A DNA stretch of 64,000 nt from assembly GCA_016707525.1 (NCBI GenBank), contig JADJHP010000003.1, positions 76,677 to 140,676 of the forward strand, in the 5' to 3' direction. The stretch's first letter is position 1. The number at the start of each line of letters is the position of its first letter. Of this stretch, positions 42,101-51,700 are shown one piece after another. The stretch is from Ignavibacteriota bacterium (GTDB lineage: Bacteria; Bacteroidota; Ignavibacteria; UBA10030; UBA6906). Below the pieces are notes generated by a model. That model searched no databases. It worked only from the letters and a program-made list of their open reading frames with translations, and was not told the origin of the DNA. Both the position numbers and the translations under genes were made by a program.

Positions 42101-43352
42101 TGTTCGCGCTTGGCATGTCCTGCCACACCAGAAGGCCGAGACGATCCGCCCAATAATACCACCGCGCCGGCTCCACTTTCACATGCTTGCGCGTCATGTT
42201 GAAGCCGAGTTCTTTCGTGATCTCGATGTCGTACCGGAGTGCGGCATCTGTCGGTGCGGTGTAGATGCCGTCAGGCCAGAAGCCCTGATCGAGGGGACCG
42301 ACCTGGAACACAGGCTTCCCGTTGAGCATGAGGCGTTGGATCCCGCGCGCGTCGCGTGCCACGGCGATCGTGCGGAGGCCTGCATAGCTTCCGACGGCAT
42401 CGATCGTCTTCCCATTGCGGACGAGTGTCACCTTCAGATCATAGAGGAACGGCGTCTCCGGCGACCAGAGTCTCGGGGAGCGTACACCCACACTGATGGG
42501 TGCCCCGGGTGTGCCGCGCCCCTTCCCCACTTCTTTCCTGCCGTTGAATACCGTCACGATGCACTCCGTACCCGCAGGCTCACCGCTGGCATCCACCGTC
42601 ACCATGAATGACGCGGCATCCTTCCCTGTCTCGATGCGGAGGTCCCTGACCGCGGTGGCGGGTACAGGTTCACACCATACCGTCTGCCAGATCCCGGTGC
42701 AGGGGGTATACCAGATGCCGCCAGGTTTCCGCACCTGCTTTCCGCGGGGCTGATCGCCTGCATCCGACGGATCGTGCACACCAACCACGATCTCCTGTGC
42801 GCCCGACGACTTCAGCGCATCCGTGATGTCGAAGGAGAACGGGTCGTAGCCGCCCCGGTGTGTTCCGACCCGGGCACCGTTCACGAAGACCACCGATTCC
42901 CAATCCACCGCGCCGAAATGCAGAAGGATCCGTTTGCCGGCCCAGGCCTTCGGAACGGAGAACATCCGCCGGTACCATATCCGGTCCGTGCGCTTCATGA
43001 CACCGGAGAGTGCTGATTCTACAGGGAAGGGCACAAGGATCTGTGAAGACAGGTCCTTCCCGAAAGGCGGCGTGTCCAGAGTTGACGGCAGCTCATATCC
43101 CCAGAGTCCGTTGAGGTTGAGCCACTCCTTGCGCGTCATGATGGGCCGCGGGTAATCCGGGAGCGGCTTCGCGGGATCCACTTTCGCCGACCAGGGGGTG
43201 AGAAGCGGCGCATCGGCAGGCAGGCGCCATGCGTCCCCGGCCCGGCAGAACGCAGCAGAGAGCATCAGGGCAAGCACGGGGACAAGGATACGGGAGACTG
43301 TGTGCATAGGTGTTCTCACAGAGTGAAGGAGAGACGAGGACAGTGATCTCAT
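39120..43352 (-). CDS. secreted bifunctional glycoside hydrolase: GH2 module fused to a GH127-like (beta-L-arabinofuranosidase/DUF1680) module and a C-terminal discoidin/CBM-like domain
   Basis: 1410 aa; signal peptide. GH2 sugar-binding and TIM motifs (LLHFGAVDWESVVFVNG..., NHPSIIMWVVFNEGW). Second half carries the GH127 Zn-site signature E-x-C (GFETCG) and Cys-Cys (YRCCQHN). C-terminal F5/8-type domain. Confidence 0.7.
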   Translation of the reverse strand: MRSLSSSLLHSVRTPMHTVSRILVPVLALMLSAAFCRAGDAWRLPADAPLLTPWSAKVDPAKPLPDYPRPIMTRKEWLNLNGLWGYELPSTLDTPPFGKDLSSQILVPFPVESALSGVMKRTDRIWYRRMFSVPKAWAGKRILLHFGAVDWESVVFVNGARVGTHRGGYDPFSFDITDALKSSGAQEIVVGVHDPSDAGDQPRGKQVRKPGGIWYTPCTGIWQTVWCEPVPATAVRDLRIETGKDAASFMVTVDASGEPAGTECIVTVFNGRKEVGKGRGTPGAPISVGVRSPRLWSPETPFLYDLKVTLVRNGKTIDAVGSYAGLRTIAVARDARGIQRLMLNGKPVFQVGPLDQGFWPDGIYTAPTDAALRYDIEITKELGFNMTRKHVKVEPARWYYWADRLGLLVWQDMPSANNTTPASRTQFEAELDRLVATHRNHPSIIMWVVFNEGWGQYDTERLTAHVKQLDPARLVNNASGWTDKNAGDVMDIHSYPKPAAPIAESARAIVLGEFGGLGLALPGHTWKKEHWGYKGMKDAEELTSTYAQFLGSVRRLKDTDGLCAAVYTQITDVEVECNGLMTYDRMVVKAPAHLVAEANRGAITPPAPANGISLHAVIDPPHTSTGSQWNRPPLVGTPMTRLPIGSIRPEGWLQRMLEIERDGMVGHLAEISPWLDPSTSAWANAEGKGSRGWEELPYWLKGYGDLGYVLGDTSIQRKARFWIEAMLSSQREDGWFGPRDLLTSLEGKPDLWPHMVMLNVLQSYYEYTADPRVIPFMEKYFAWENTLPETAFGEGYWPKTRMGDNIESVVWLYNRTGRVWLLDLAGKMHRNMSRWDSTVVNWHNVNIAQGFRGPAMYYPVARDFSLLHAVERNYRQVRGMYGQFPGGGFAADENARPGFIDPRQGFETCGIVEFMHSFEMLTRTGGGTVWSDRCEELAFNSLPVALTPDQKGLHYLTCANQVQLDKELKTPGIQNGGTMFSYSPFQTYRCCQHNVAHGWPYFAEEMWLATRDGGLCASLYAPSQVRAVVGDGIAVGIEERTDYPYDGVVRLRVTPAKKVRFPLYVRIPGWCAEASVSINGAATALPSSGGMFACIDRQWSPGDEVVITFAMPLQVQRWEKNQNSVSVNRGPLTFSLSIGERWEKYGTNTAWPEWEVFPTTAWNYGLVLDSVDAARSFTVEPRTPDPHALPWTPAALPFVIKATGRRIDGWQADYRNLVGPLQKSPARTAAPEEPLTLVPMGTARLRITSFPTVTTDARGVEWVPPQRPRPIPFTISYSYINRYEDPEAVADGFEPKASNDESITRMSWWDHKGTAEWIQYDLPSEQSVSSCSVYWFDDGVDGFSRVPQSWRILYRAGDAWVPVQAQSAYATEKDALNVVRFTPVTTRGLRMEVQLQKGLSSGVLEWKFSQ

Positions 43353-43371
43353 AGGGGCACGTTCTGCAACG

Positions 43372-44781
43372 TCAATGTGTCAGTTCCTGTTCGATGAGTT
43401 CCAGGGACTTTCCCTTGGTTTCAGGGACGCGGAACCAGACGAAGACAAAACCTGCGATACAGATGGCGGCATAGAGCCAGAACGTCCCTGATACGCCGAG
43501 GGCGGCGTTCAGGAAGGGGAAGGTGTACGTCAGGAGGAAGCAGGCGATCCAGAGCGCAGAGACCGCAACGGCAACGGCCGCCCCCCGGATCCTGTTCGGG
43601 AACAACTCCGAGATCAGGACCCATGTGATCGGTGCAAGCGACATGGCATAGCTTGCGATGGCCAGGAGGACGAACGTGATCACCACCGGGCCCGTCCAGT
43701 GCAGCAGGTAGGCGAGACCGATGAGGATATGAAAGAGACCGATCCCGGCACACCCGATGAGCAACAGCGCGCGCCGTCCGAACCGGTCCACCGTGCCGAA
43801 GGCGATGAACGTGGCCACCATGTTCACGATGCCGGTGATGACGATATTAAAGAGGATCGAACTCACCCCGTACCCGGCGGTGCGGAAGATCTCTTCCGCA
43901 TAGTTGAAGATCACATTGATGCCGCTCCACTGTTGCAGCACGGCGAGGGTGACACCGACGAAGAGGATGCTGCGCACACCGGGGGCAAGGAGGTCGCGGA
44001 AGTGCACCTGCCGTACCTCTTCCGTGGCGATGGTCTCCTGGATCGTGGCACATTCCGCTGCTGCGTACGCTTCACCACCGATGCGCCGCAGGACCTCCCG
44101 GGCGCGGTCCACGGCACCGTTCTTGATCAGCCAGCGTGGACTTTCGGGAATGGCGAGTGATCCGAGAAAGAAGGCAACCGCGGGGATCGCGACCACCGTG
44201 AACATCCAGCGCCACCCTTCCTGTCCGTTCCACGACATGCGGATGAACTCCGCTGTTGCGGCATCCGGTACGGGTTCCGCGATGCGCCAGTTGACCACCT
44301 GCGCGGCGAGGACGCCGATGACGATCGTGAACTGGTTCAGCGAGACCAGCCGCCCCCGCAGGTGGGCCGGGGCGATCTCGGCGATGTACATGGGTGAGAG
44401 TGCGCTGGCCATCCCGATCGCAACGCCCCCGGCGATGCGCCAGGTGACGAACGCGGTGAAACTGCCCGCCCAGCCCGTCAGGATGGAGGAAGCGGCAAAG
44501 AGCACGGCCGACAACAGGAGCAGTCGTTTCCGTCCGAAGCGATCGCTCACGCCTCCTGTGAAGAGCGCGCCGAGCAGACACCCGAGGAGAGCGCAGCTAT
44601 TGGCCCATCCGCGAACGGCCTCATCCTCGAGCCCGAAGTACGGCTCAAAGAATGGCTTTGCTCCCCCGATCACCACCCAGTCGTACCCGAACAGCAGTCC
44701 GCCCATCGCGGCGACGGCGGAGATGAGCCATACAAAACGCAGATCGAATGATGCAGAGAGGTCCTTCGAAGCTGATGTCAT
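43372..44781 (-). CDS. MFS sugar porter family transporter (sugar:H+ symporter)
   Basis: 469 aa; 12 TM; sugar-porter signatures (GGVSDRFGRKRLLL, PESPRWL). Confidence 0.85.
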   Translation of the reverse strand: MTSASKDLSASFDLRFVWLISAVAAMGGLLFGYDWVVIGGAKPFFEPYFGLEDEAVRGWANSCALLGCLLGALFTGGVSDRFGRKRLLLLSAVLFAASSILTGWAGSFTAFVTWRIAGGVAIGMASALSPMYIAEIAPAHLRGRLVSLNQFTIVIGVLAAQVVNWRIAEPVPDAATAEFIRMSWNGQEGWRWMFTVVAIPAVAFFLGSLAIPESPRWLIKNGAVDRAREVLRRIGGEAYAAAECATIQETIATEEVRQVHFRDLLAPGVRSILFVGVTLAVLQQWSGINVIFNYAEEIFRTAGYGVSSILFNIVITGIVNMVATFIAFGTVDRFGRRALLLIGCAGIGLFHILIGLAYLLHWTGPVVITFVLLAIASYAMSLAPITWVLISELFPNRIRGAAVAVAVSALWIACFLLTYTFPFLNAALGVSGTFWLYAAICIAGFVFVWFRVPETKGKSLELIEQELTH

Positions 44782-44820
44782 AGCGATGTTCCGTTTGCAG
44801 TGTGACGTGGATCGGTCGTT

Positions 44821-46857
44821 TCAATGGAGGGGGCGCACCCTGACGAACATGACGCCCCTGGCTGGCACGCGGTACGTCAACGACCCCGCGGCGGTACCGA
44901 TATCCTTCTGCCGCCACAGATCGCGGAGAGTGTGCGTTCCCTGAAGTCCGAGCACGCTCCAGGATGCCGTCAGATCCCGGTCGATCTCATCGCGGTTGAA
45001 GAACCCGACGGCCTTCGAGCCGTCCTCCATTTCTTTCACCATCACGAACGTTTCCTCGTCGAGCGGGATCATCGCAGCGCTCTGTCCCAACGGGTCCTGG
45101 TTCACCTCGTTCACTTCAGGATTGCAGAGGATGTTGAGCGTGAAGGGATCGAGCCGGTTCATATCGCCGCTGAAAAAGAGCGGCGATGCCATCAGAGACC
45201 AGAGCGACATGTACACATACTGCATGCGTGGCGGGACGGGTGTTGGTGTCGGTTCCCCTCCCGTAAATGCGCTCCCCACATACCCGATCTGAATATAGTC
45301 CGGATCGTTCCACGAGCCGGGGCCCGACCATGCACGATGCTCTGCGTTCTGGAGGGCGACCTCGAAGATCCGGTCAAGTTCGAATCCAAGATCACCCGCG
45401 GTCCGCCAGCATTGTCCACCCACGGCAGCACCCCACTCCCATACGTTGCCCATGCCGTACTGGCACAGATTCAACACGATGTCGCGGTCCTGCGAGGCCA
45501 GCACCTTGCCCATGATCTCGTAGGGCTTCCGGAGCGCGGCACGATCGGGATTATTTCCGGTGACCTCCGTGTAACTGCACCAGTCGTACTTCAGGAAGTC
45601 GAATCCCCATGCCGCGAACTGCTTCGCATCCTGTTCCTCATGGCCAAGTGTTCCTGAGAAACCCGCACAGGTGAGGCGGCCGGGCGACGTATAGATGCCG
45701 GCCTTCAATCCCAGTGCATGGATATGATCCGTGAGGCCGCGCATCGAAGGAAAGTGTTTGTTCGGCAGGATGTTCCCCTGCGCATCACGCAGCGGGCCGA
45801 CGCGGAGCGGATCGCTGTGCTGCGGCGCATTCATCCAGCAATCGTCGATGGACACATATTGATAGCCTGCGTCCGCCATGCCGCTGCGGACCATCACATC
45901 GGCCGCATCACGCATCAGTGCATCGGTCACGCGGTTGTAGTGCGCGTACCAGTGGTTCCAGCCCATGGGCGGCGTCAGCGCAAGCGTTGCGCCACTCACG
46001 ATCCGGAACTGTGTGGAAGCGGATCCCCGCGCGTTCGTCGCCGTGATCGTCACGCGGTGCGTCCCGGCCGCAGGAGCGGTGCCGCGGATGATCCCGGAAG
46101 AGGCGTCAAGCGTGAGTCCGGTCGGCAGGCTCACGGCTGTGAACTTCATCGGACGTTCGCCGGTGCATGGGATACGGTGGAGGAACGGGTGGCCGGGCCT
46201 GCATCCGATAACACGCGCACCATTGATGCGCGGGATCGGGCCCGGGGTCGGGGTCAGGAGGAACGGCTGTTCGGGGGCCGGCGTGAACGCCCGGGGCGGC
46301 ACACCCGAATACAGGATCCGTGCATCACACAGGTCCACGTGATCGTGGTCAATGCCATCCCCTGCATCCGTCGCCATGAGGATGAGCGTATCGATGCCGC
46401 GAAGATCGGTATCGATGGCCACCCCGCCCCTGCCTGTGCGAAGCGCACCGGACTCAAACAGGATCTTTCCGTCGCCGAGGAGCCGCACGCGTACGGACCC
46501 CGCGCCGTTACTGCTATCGTTCACCCCGGCGATCGCACGGAAGCGCACCGCGGATCCGTGCAGGTCGATCCGAAGAATGGCACGTGCATGAGTGCCGACG
46601 CCCTTCCGGTACGTGACGCCTCCGAGGCGCAGCGGCGATCCATCGACGGAAGAATCGGCCCTGGGCCTCCCCCACCCCTGCCGGAGATGGGTAAGATCGA
46701 GAGCGCCCAGCCACACGGAATCCTGAGGGGCTGGAGGAATGGCTGAGGCTTCCGTGAACGAGCACGCGAGAATTACGAGGACGAGAAGGATACGGCGGGT
46801 CACGGTTGAGTCTCCGGCTGGAAAGTGATCAGGGATGTCGTGCGGTGGCTTCATCAC
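44821..46857 (-). CDS. alpha-galactosidase (GH27) with N-terminal NPCBM carbohydrate-binding module; secreted
   Basis: 678 aa; signal peptide; NPCBM-like N-terminal domain; GH27 motif LTPPMGWNHWYAH...VSIDDCW. Confidence 0.75.
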   Translation of the reverse strand: MMKPPHDIPDHFPAGDSTVTRRILLVLVILACSFTEASAIPPAPQDSVWLGALDLTHLRQGWGRPRADSSVDGSPLRLGGVTYRKGVGTHARAILRIDLHGSAVRFRAIAGVNDSSNGAGSVRVRLLGDGKILFESGALRTGRGGVAIDTDLRGIDTLILMATDAGDGIDHDHVDLCDARILYSGVPPRAFTPAPEQPFLLTPTPGPIPRINGARVIGCRPGHPFLHRIPCTGERPMKFTAVSLPTGLTLDASSGIIRGTAPAAGTHRVTITATNARGSASTQFRIVSGATLALTPPMGWNHWYAHYNRVTDALMRDAADVMVRSGMADAGYQYVSIDDCWMNAPQHSDPLRVGPLRDAQGNILPNKHFPSMRGLTDHIHALGLKAGIYTSPGRLTCAGFSGTLGHEEQDAKQFAAWGFDFLKYDWCSYTEVTGNNPDRAALRKPYEIMGKVLASQDRDIVLNLCQYGMGNVWEWGAAVGGQCWRTAGDLGFELDRIFEVALQNAEHRAWSGPGSWNDPDYIQIGYVGSAFTGGEPTPTPVPPRMQYVYMSLWSLMASPLFFSGDMNRLDPFTLNILCNPEVNEVNQDPLGQSAAMIPLDEETFVMVKEMEDGSKAVGFFNRDEIDRDLTASWSVLGLQGTHTLRDLWRQKDIGTAAGSLTYRVPARGVMFVRVRPLH

Positions 46858-46920
46858 AGCAATGTTACACCCGGTGCCCGGGGCGATCGGAACAGATGGA
46901 TGTGGCGGACAGTGGCGAGA

Positions 46921-47310
46921 TCAGGGGCCGGGCACCACGGCTTTGCGGAGCCACGCGATGGCCTCATCCCTGTCGTTGAACACGCGTGCATTGAACCCCC
47001 GGTTGCGGCACGCGGTCTCATAGAACTCTGCATGTTGACCGAGAGGCGTTCCCGGGGGAACGAGGACAGCTTCCCGGAAGCTCCGGTCGATCCCTTCCGC
47101 TTCGATACGCGATACGATGTCCATCAGATCAATGATGGAGTGGCCTCCGGTGAGCGAGGCCAGGTTCGCGAGGAAGAGCAGGCTCTGGCGCTGAGATCCT
47201 TCGGCAAGCGCAGCGTAGAATGCGGCTTCCAGGTCGGTGGGAGCGACGACACCTTCATAGATCACTTCGATGATAGCGGGAGAACCGGAGACCTCGAGTT
47301 TCCAGGGCAT
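46921..47310 (-). CDS. hypothetical protein (possible SpoIIAA/STAS-like fold)
   Basis: 129 aa ORF, protein-like composition; no confident family assignment. Confidence 0.4.
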   Translation of the reverse strand: MPWKLEVSGSPAIIEVIYEGVVAPTDLEAAFYAALAEGSQRQSLLFLANLASLTGGHSIIDLMDIVSRIEAEGIDRSFREAVLVPPGTPLGQHAEFYETACRNRGFNARVFNDRDEAIAWLRKAVVPGP

Positions 47311-47523
47311 ACCGTAACTTTCTGTGTGGCTTCCCGGGAGGAGTGGCTATGCAGGTGAATGTACGCCGTGTTCTTGAGAGATGCAACGAGAGCCCGTGGA
47401 CAGATGTCTCAGACGGATGCCGCAAACGGATGACCCCGGGCGTCGGGCAGCAGCGCTCCGGGCTCTTGCCTTTGGCCGCCGGCTTTAGTATTCTGAGTGG
47501 TCGTTTCCTTTCACATGGACCAC
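47311..47523 (+). promoter_or_regulatory. long GC-rich 5' region upstream of the Ni/Co transporter gene; candidate metal-responsive cis-regulatory RNA (unverified)
   Basis: ~210-nt divergent intergenic region with several potential stem-loops (e.g. GGACAGAUG / GGGCAGCAG segments) directly upstream of a NicO-family transporter. Confidence 0.2.
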
Positions 47524-48237
47524 ATGAACAGCGATCTGTATACCCTCATCGGCACTGCCGCATCACTCGGTTTCATCCACACCCTTGTCGGGCCGGATCA
47601 CTATGTGCCGTTCGTCGCTATGGCCCGCGCGGGCAAATGGAGCCGGCTCAAGACGTTGTACGTGACGGTACTCTCCGGCCTCGGCCATGTAGGGAGTTCC
47701 ATCCTCCTCGGAGCGGTCGGGATCGCATTGGGCAGTGCACTGTCGCATCTTGAGTGGGTCGAATCGATACGCGGTGAGGTTGCGGCATGGATGCTGACCG
47801 GCTTCGGACTGGCATACATGGTCTGGGGGATCTGGCACGGGATCCGCTCCCGCCCGCATTCCCATGCACACGCCCATGCAGATGGCGCGGTGCACGAGCA
47901 CACGCACACGCATCACTCAGCGCACGCGCATCCCCATGAACACGGCAAGCCCGCGAACCTGACGCCCTGGATCATCTTCAGCATCTTTGTCTTCGGCCCG
48001 TGCGAGCCGCTGATCCCGTTGCTCATGTATCCCGCGGCCATCCACTCGTCGCTCGGCGTGGCCCTCGTTGCGACGGTCTTCGCCCTTACAACGATCGCAA
48101 CGATGCTCGGCATGGTCTTCCTCGGATTGGCCGGCGTCGAACTGATCCCCTTCCCCCGCCTCGAACGCTACATCCACGCCATGGCAGGCGGGATCATTGC
48201 CATGTCGGGGCTGAGCGTGCTCTTTCTTGGCCTCTAA
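47524..48237 (+). CDS. nickel/cobalt efflux-type transporter, NicO/RcnA family, with His-rich cytoplasmic loop
   Basis: ORF 47497..48237 (likely start MNSDLY at 47524); H-x4-DH motif (HTLVGPDH), 6 TM, loop HSHAHAHADGAVHEHTHTHHSAHAHPHEHG. Confidence 0.65.
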   Translation: MNSDLYTLIGTAASLGFIHTLVGPDHYVPFVAMARAGKWSRLKTLYVTVLSGLGHVGSSILLGAVGIALGSALSHLEWVESIRGEVAAWMLTGFGLAYMVWGIWHGIRSRPHSHAHAHADGAVHEHTHTHHSAHAHPHEHGKPANLTPWIIFSIFVFGPCEPLIPLLMYPAAIHSSLGVALVATVFALTTIATMLGMVFLGLAGVELIPFPRLERYIHAMAGGIIAMSGLSVLFLGL

Positions 48238-48274
48238 GAATTAAGAACTAAGAATTCTTAGTTCTTAATTCTTA
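48235..48274. terminator. 40-bp perfect AT-rich palindrome TAAGAATTAAGAACTAAGAATTCTTAGTTCTTAATTCTTA between convergent genes; likely bidirectional terminator that includes both TAA stop codons
   Basis: Read directly; first TAA (48235..48237) is the stop of the + strand transporter, last TTA (48272..48274) is the TAA stop of the minus-strand gene; centre is GAATTC. Confidence 0.6.
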
Positions 48275-48796
48275 TTTCGTCAGGCCAAGATACACGTACT
48301 CCACCGTCATCGCTTTCTGCGCATGGATGCCGATCCGGTTGAGCCCCTGGAGCAACGACGGCTCAACGGAGAACTCGACCGACTTCTTCACATCGGGAAG
48401 TTGGCGGACCACCTTCTCGGGAAAGATCTGTGGAGCGGCGGGCATGTGGCCGTCCTGCAAGCGTATGCCATTGAAGAAGACCACCACATCCTCCAGCTCC
48501 ATATCCTCCTTGCACTCGATCCGCAGCACCAGTGTCCGCGGAGGCATGGACTCTTTGACTCTCAGCTCTACAGTCTCGAGTTGAGCCTTGCGCAACGCGA
48601 GTGGAAGCTGCGATGTCAAGCTTACGCCGGGCACCGGGAACCACGCCGGCGCAAGCGAGTACAGTTTGTCCTTCCCTTCCAACAGTGACGGATCGATCAG
48701 CTCATGCAGGACCTCCAGATCAGGTTCGATCCCTCCATCCCATGCCACGAAGTAGTTGAACAGGTAGATCCCGTCAGCGCCGTTGGCGTAGTGCAA
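48272..48796 (-). CDS. probable C-terminal continuation of the upstream beta-helix/glycoside-hydrolase-like protein (separated by a frameshift)
   Basis: 174-aa ORF overlaps the 3' end of ORF 48697..51828 in another frame; sequence HYANGADGIYLFNYFVAWDGG... continues protein-like while the long ORF's tail becomes low-complexity. Confidence 0.5.
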   Translation of the reverse strand: MHYANGADGIYLFNYFVAWDGGIEPDLEVLHELIDPSLLEGKDKLYSLAPAWFPVPGVSLTSQLPLALRKAQLETVELRVKESMPPRTLVLRIECKEDMELEDVVVFFNGIRLQDGHMPAAPQIFPEKVVRQLPDVKKSVEFSVEPSLLQGLNRIGIHAQKAMTVEYVYLGLTK

Positions 48797-51700
48797 CGCA
48801 GCTGTTGCCCGCTTTTCCCCCGCGTCATCTGACGGTTCCCCATGGTGAACTCCTGCGCCGCATACACGGGCACAGGGCCGCAGACCGCCTTGAACTCGCG
48901 CGCATTGATGTCATTCTCGGTCGACAGGAACGGTGCGATCGCAAGAACGTCGATCATGCCCTTCGTGCACCAGGTTGCCGGATCCACACCAAGATATGCG
49001 CACCCTTTGAGTGATGAAGGCACCCGGGCGGTAAGGAGTATCCGATGCCCGCGCGCAACCGAGATGCTGTCCACCACTCCCCTCACGCGGCCGACAAAGT
49101 CCGTCAGGATGCCTGCGAAGTGGGTCATCGAATCCGGCTTCAGCGGAAAATAGTACGGGAAACGCATGAAGTCGAGTTCAAAGCCGTCCATGTCGTACCG
49201 CTCAAGCGCTTCCCTCACGAGGGAGTAGAAGTATGCACGCACCTCGGGCACCGCGTAGTTTAGGGCCTCTTTTCCCCAGCCGGCATATCCCCCCACCCGC
49301 CACTCCGGGTGGGCCTTCCAGAAATCGCCGAGCAGAGGGCTCTCGGGCTTGTCCACATCATGCAGTTCATTCATGCGGAAGCTCAGGAAGGCCTCCATGC
49401 CGCGCAGCCGGGCACGATCAAGGACGATCCGCACCTGGTCGAGGGAGTCGGTGCCGAAGCGTGCGAGGTTCCTGCTCATCCTGGCCCCCAGCAACGGCCA
49501 TCCCTCTTTCGCATGCACCGGGGCATCCGGCCAATGGAACATGGACTCAACGCTGCTCGGGTACCCCGGGTTCTGTCCGGGATTGATATTATAGATGAAC
49601 GTCGTCACCCCGGCCTCCGCAATGGGATCGACACGGCCGTGGATGTCGCGCACGGTGAGTGAATCGAAATCCATCGGGATGCTTGAACCGTCATTATTAT
49701 AGATGAGGCGCCGGGCGAACCGGGGCGGCAGGGTCGCATCCCCTACCGGAGCCGAAGAAAGGGCCGCAGACAGATCGAAGGGGCGGAAGCCAAGCGCGAA
49801 TGCCGGCGAACCCTCTTTGAGCCGGAAATCGCCTCCGGCGGCATCGGCGAACCCGGGGTCAGCGACCAGGGAATGCACGTCGCGTCCGGTACGCTGCCAG
49901 CCGCTGAAATCGAGGGAATCGTACCGGAACGACCCCTGCACCGGCCAGTACAGATTCCGGTCCATGATGAGATTGCTGTCGCGCATCGAACCGAAGAGCA
50001 CGGGCCCACCGCTCCAGAGAATGATATTGCGTTCGAATGCGAAACTCATGTGGGGTTCGAAGCGGGTCCGGGCGACCTGATACTCCGCGCCGAACGCCAG
50101 GATATTGTTCCGGAAGATGTTCTCCTTCCCGTAGTGCTGATGGAACCCCCCGTGCTTCGTGCGGTACACCAGGTTCTCCTCGGCGCGGATATTCGTCGTC
50201 CCCTCATCGAAGTAGATGCCCCATCCGCCGTACACCCGTCCCGCGATATCATGGAAGACGTTGCGCCGAATCTCGGTCCCGCGTTGATAGCCAAGCGTGT
50301 AGATGCCGCCGAGATCGCTCAGCATCGGCCCTTCGCCATTGCTCAGGACACCGATGTGATGCACATGATTCAGCTCGACGATATTCCCGTACGCAAGCGC
50401 CGGCCCATACCCCCACGTCCACCCGATCGAGATGCCGGTATACTCGAAATCGTGAATATGGTTGTGGATGAGGCGGTTGAACGGGCTCTGGCCGATCCAC
50501 ACGCCGATGGCACTGTGGAAGATCTTCCCCCCGCTATGGATATGATTATCGAGGAGCCGGTTCCGCTGCGTCAACAATGCACGATCGTTCTCCAGGGTCT
50601 TGAGGCCAAGGAAGACGCCCCCGGCGCCAAGATCGGCGATCTCGGACCGCTGAATGAGATTGTCCTGGCATGCGGCCCCGAGGGAGATGCCGTAGGTTCC
50701 GGTGTGTGTGATCGCGCACTCCTCGAACGTGACGTGCCGCATCCCGGTGCACGCTACGGCCGCGGGCACTCCTGTCGCGGCCTGATTGAATCCGCCAACA
50801 TCCGGATTGCGCGAATCGGTCGTGTATCCTTTCGGGAAGAACCACTCGGCATGGCTGAAACCGATCCCGCGGAAGACGACGTGTTCCACCCAGCGGCCTC
50901 GTGCGGGTTCGCCTTCGATCCGCATCACCTGCTCCAGGACGGGCACGACCGCATCGATGCTCCGGATGTCCTCACCCGGCATCGGCAGATAGTAGATCTT
51001 CCCCTGTTTCTCGTCGAGCCACCACTCCCCCGGTACGTTCAATGCGCCACGCGCGGACTGGATATAGTACACATCACCGGGATCGATGCGGAACACCGAC
51101 CTGCGCGCGAAACGGAACGTGCGCGACGCCGGTTCATAGGTTGTCACGGGCAGGTACGACTCGACCCATTTTGTGGAGAGGACGACCTGCGCCCCTCTGA
51201 GGTCGAACTTCGGCGGTACGGTCCCCGGTTTCGCGACGAAGGAACGCTGACCCTCCATCCAGTCCATGGACGGCGTGATCTCAGGGATGGTATCGACGGA
51301 GAGATAGCCGGAATCGGGAAAGCGTGCCGGAGATCTGCGCTCACCGTTCACCCACAGTTCGCGCACATCGGGATTGGACCTGCGTACCTGTGCGGGCAAC
51401 GCGGCAACCCAGACGTTCTTCCCATCGAGGGTGGTCCGGGTCCACTGTGTGAGGACGGCGCCGCCGCTGAGCACAGGCGATGCGCCCGGGAGGGCCGCGA
51501 TGACTGTGGGCGATGTTGCGGAACCGCTGATCCCGGATCCCAGATGGAGAGGTGCGTTCAGGAAGTACCGTCCGCCATGGAGCAGGACCAGCACGGTATC
51601 CGTGAGGCCTGGCCGGGCCGACCGGAGATCCTGCACTGCCCGGGCAGCCCGGGCAAGCGATGCGAACGGGTGGGCGGCATCACCCACAGCGCGGTCGTTG

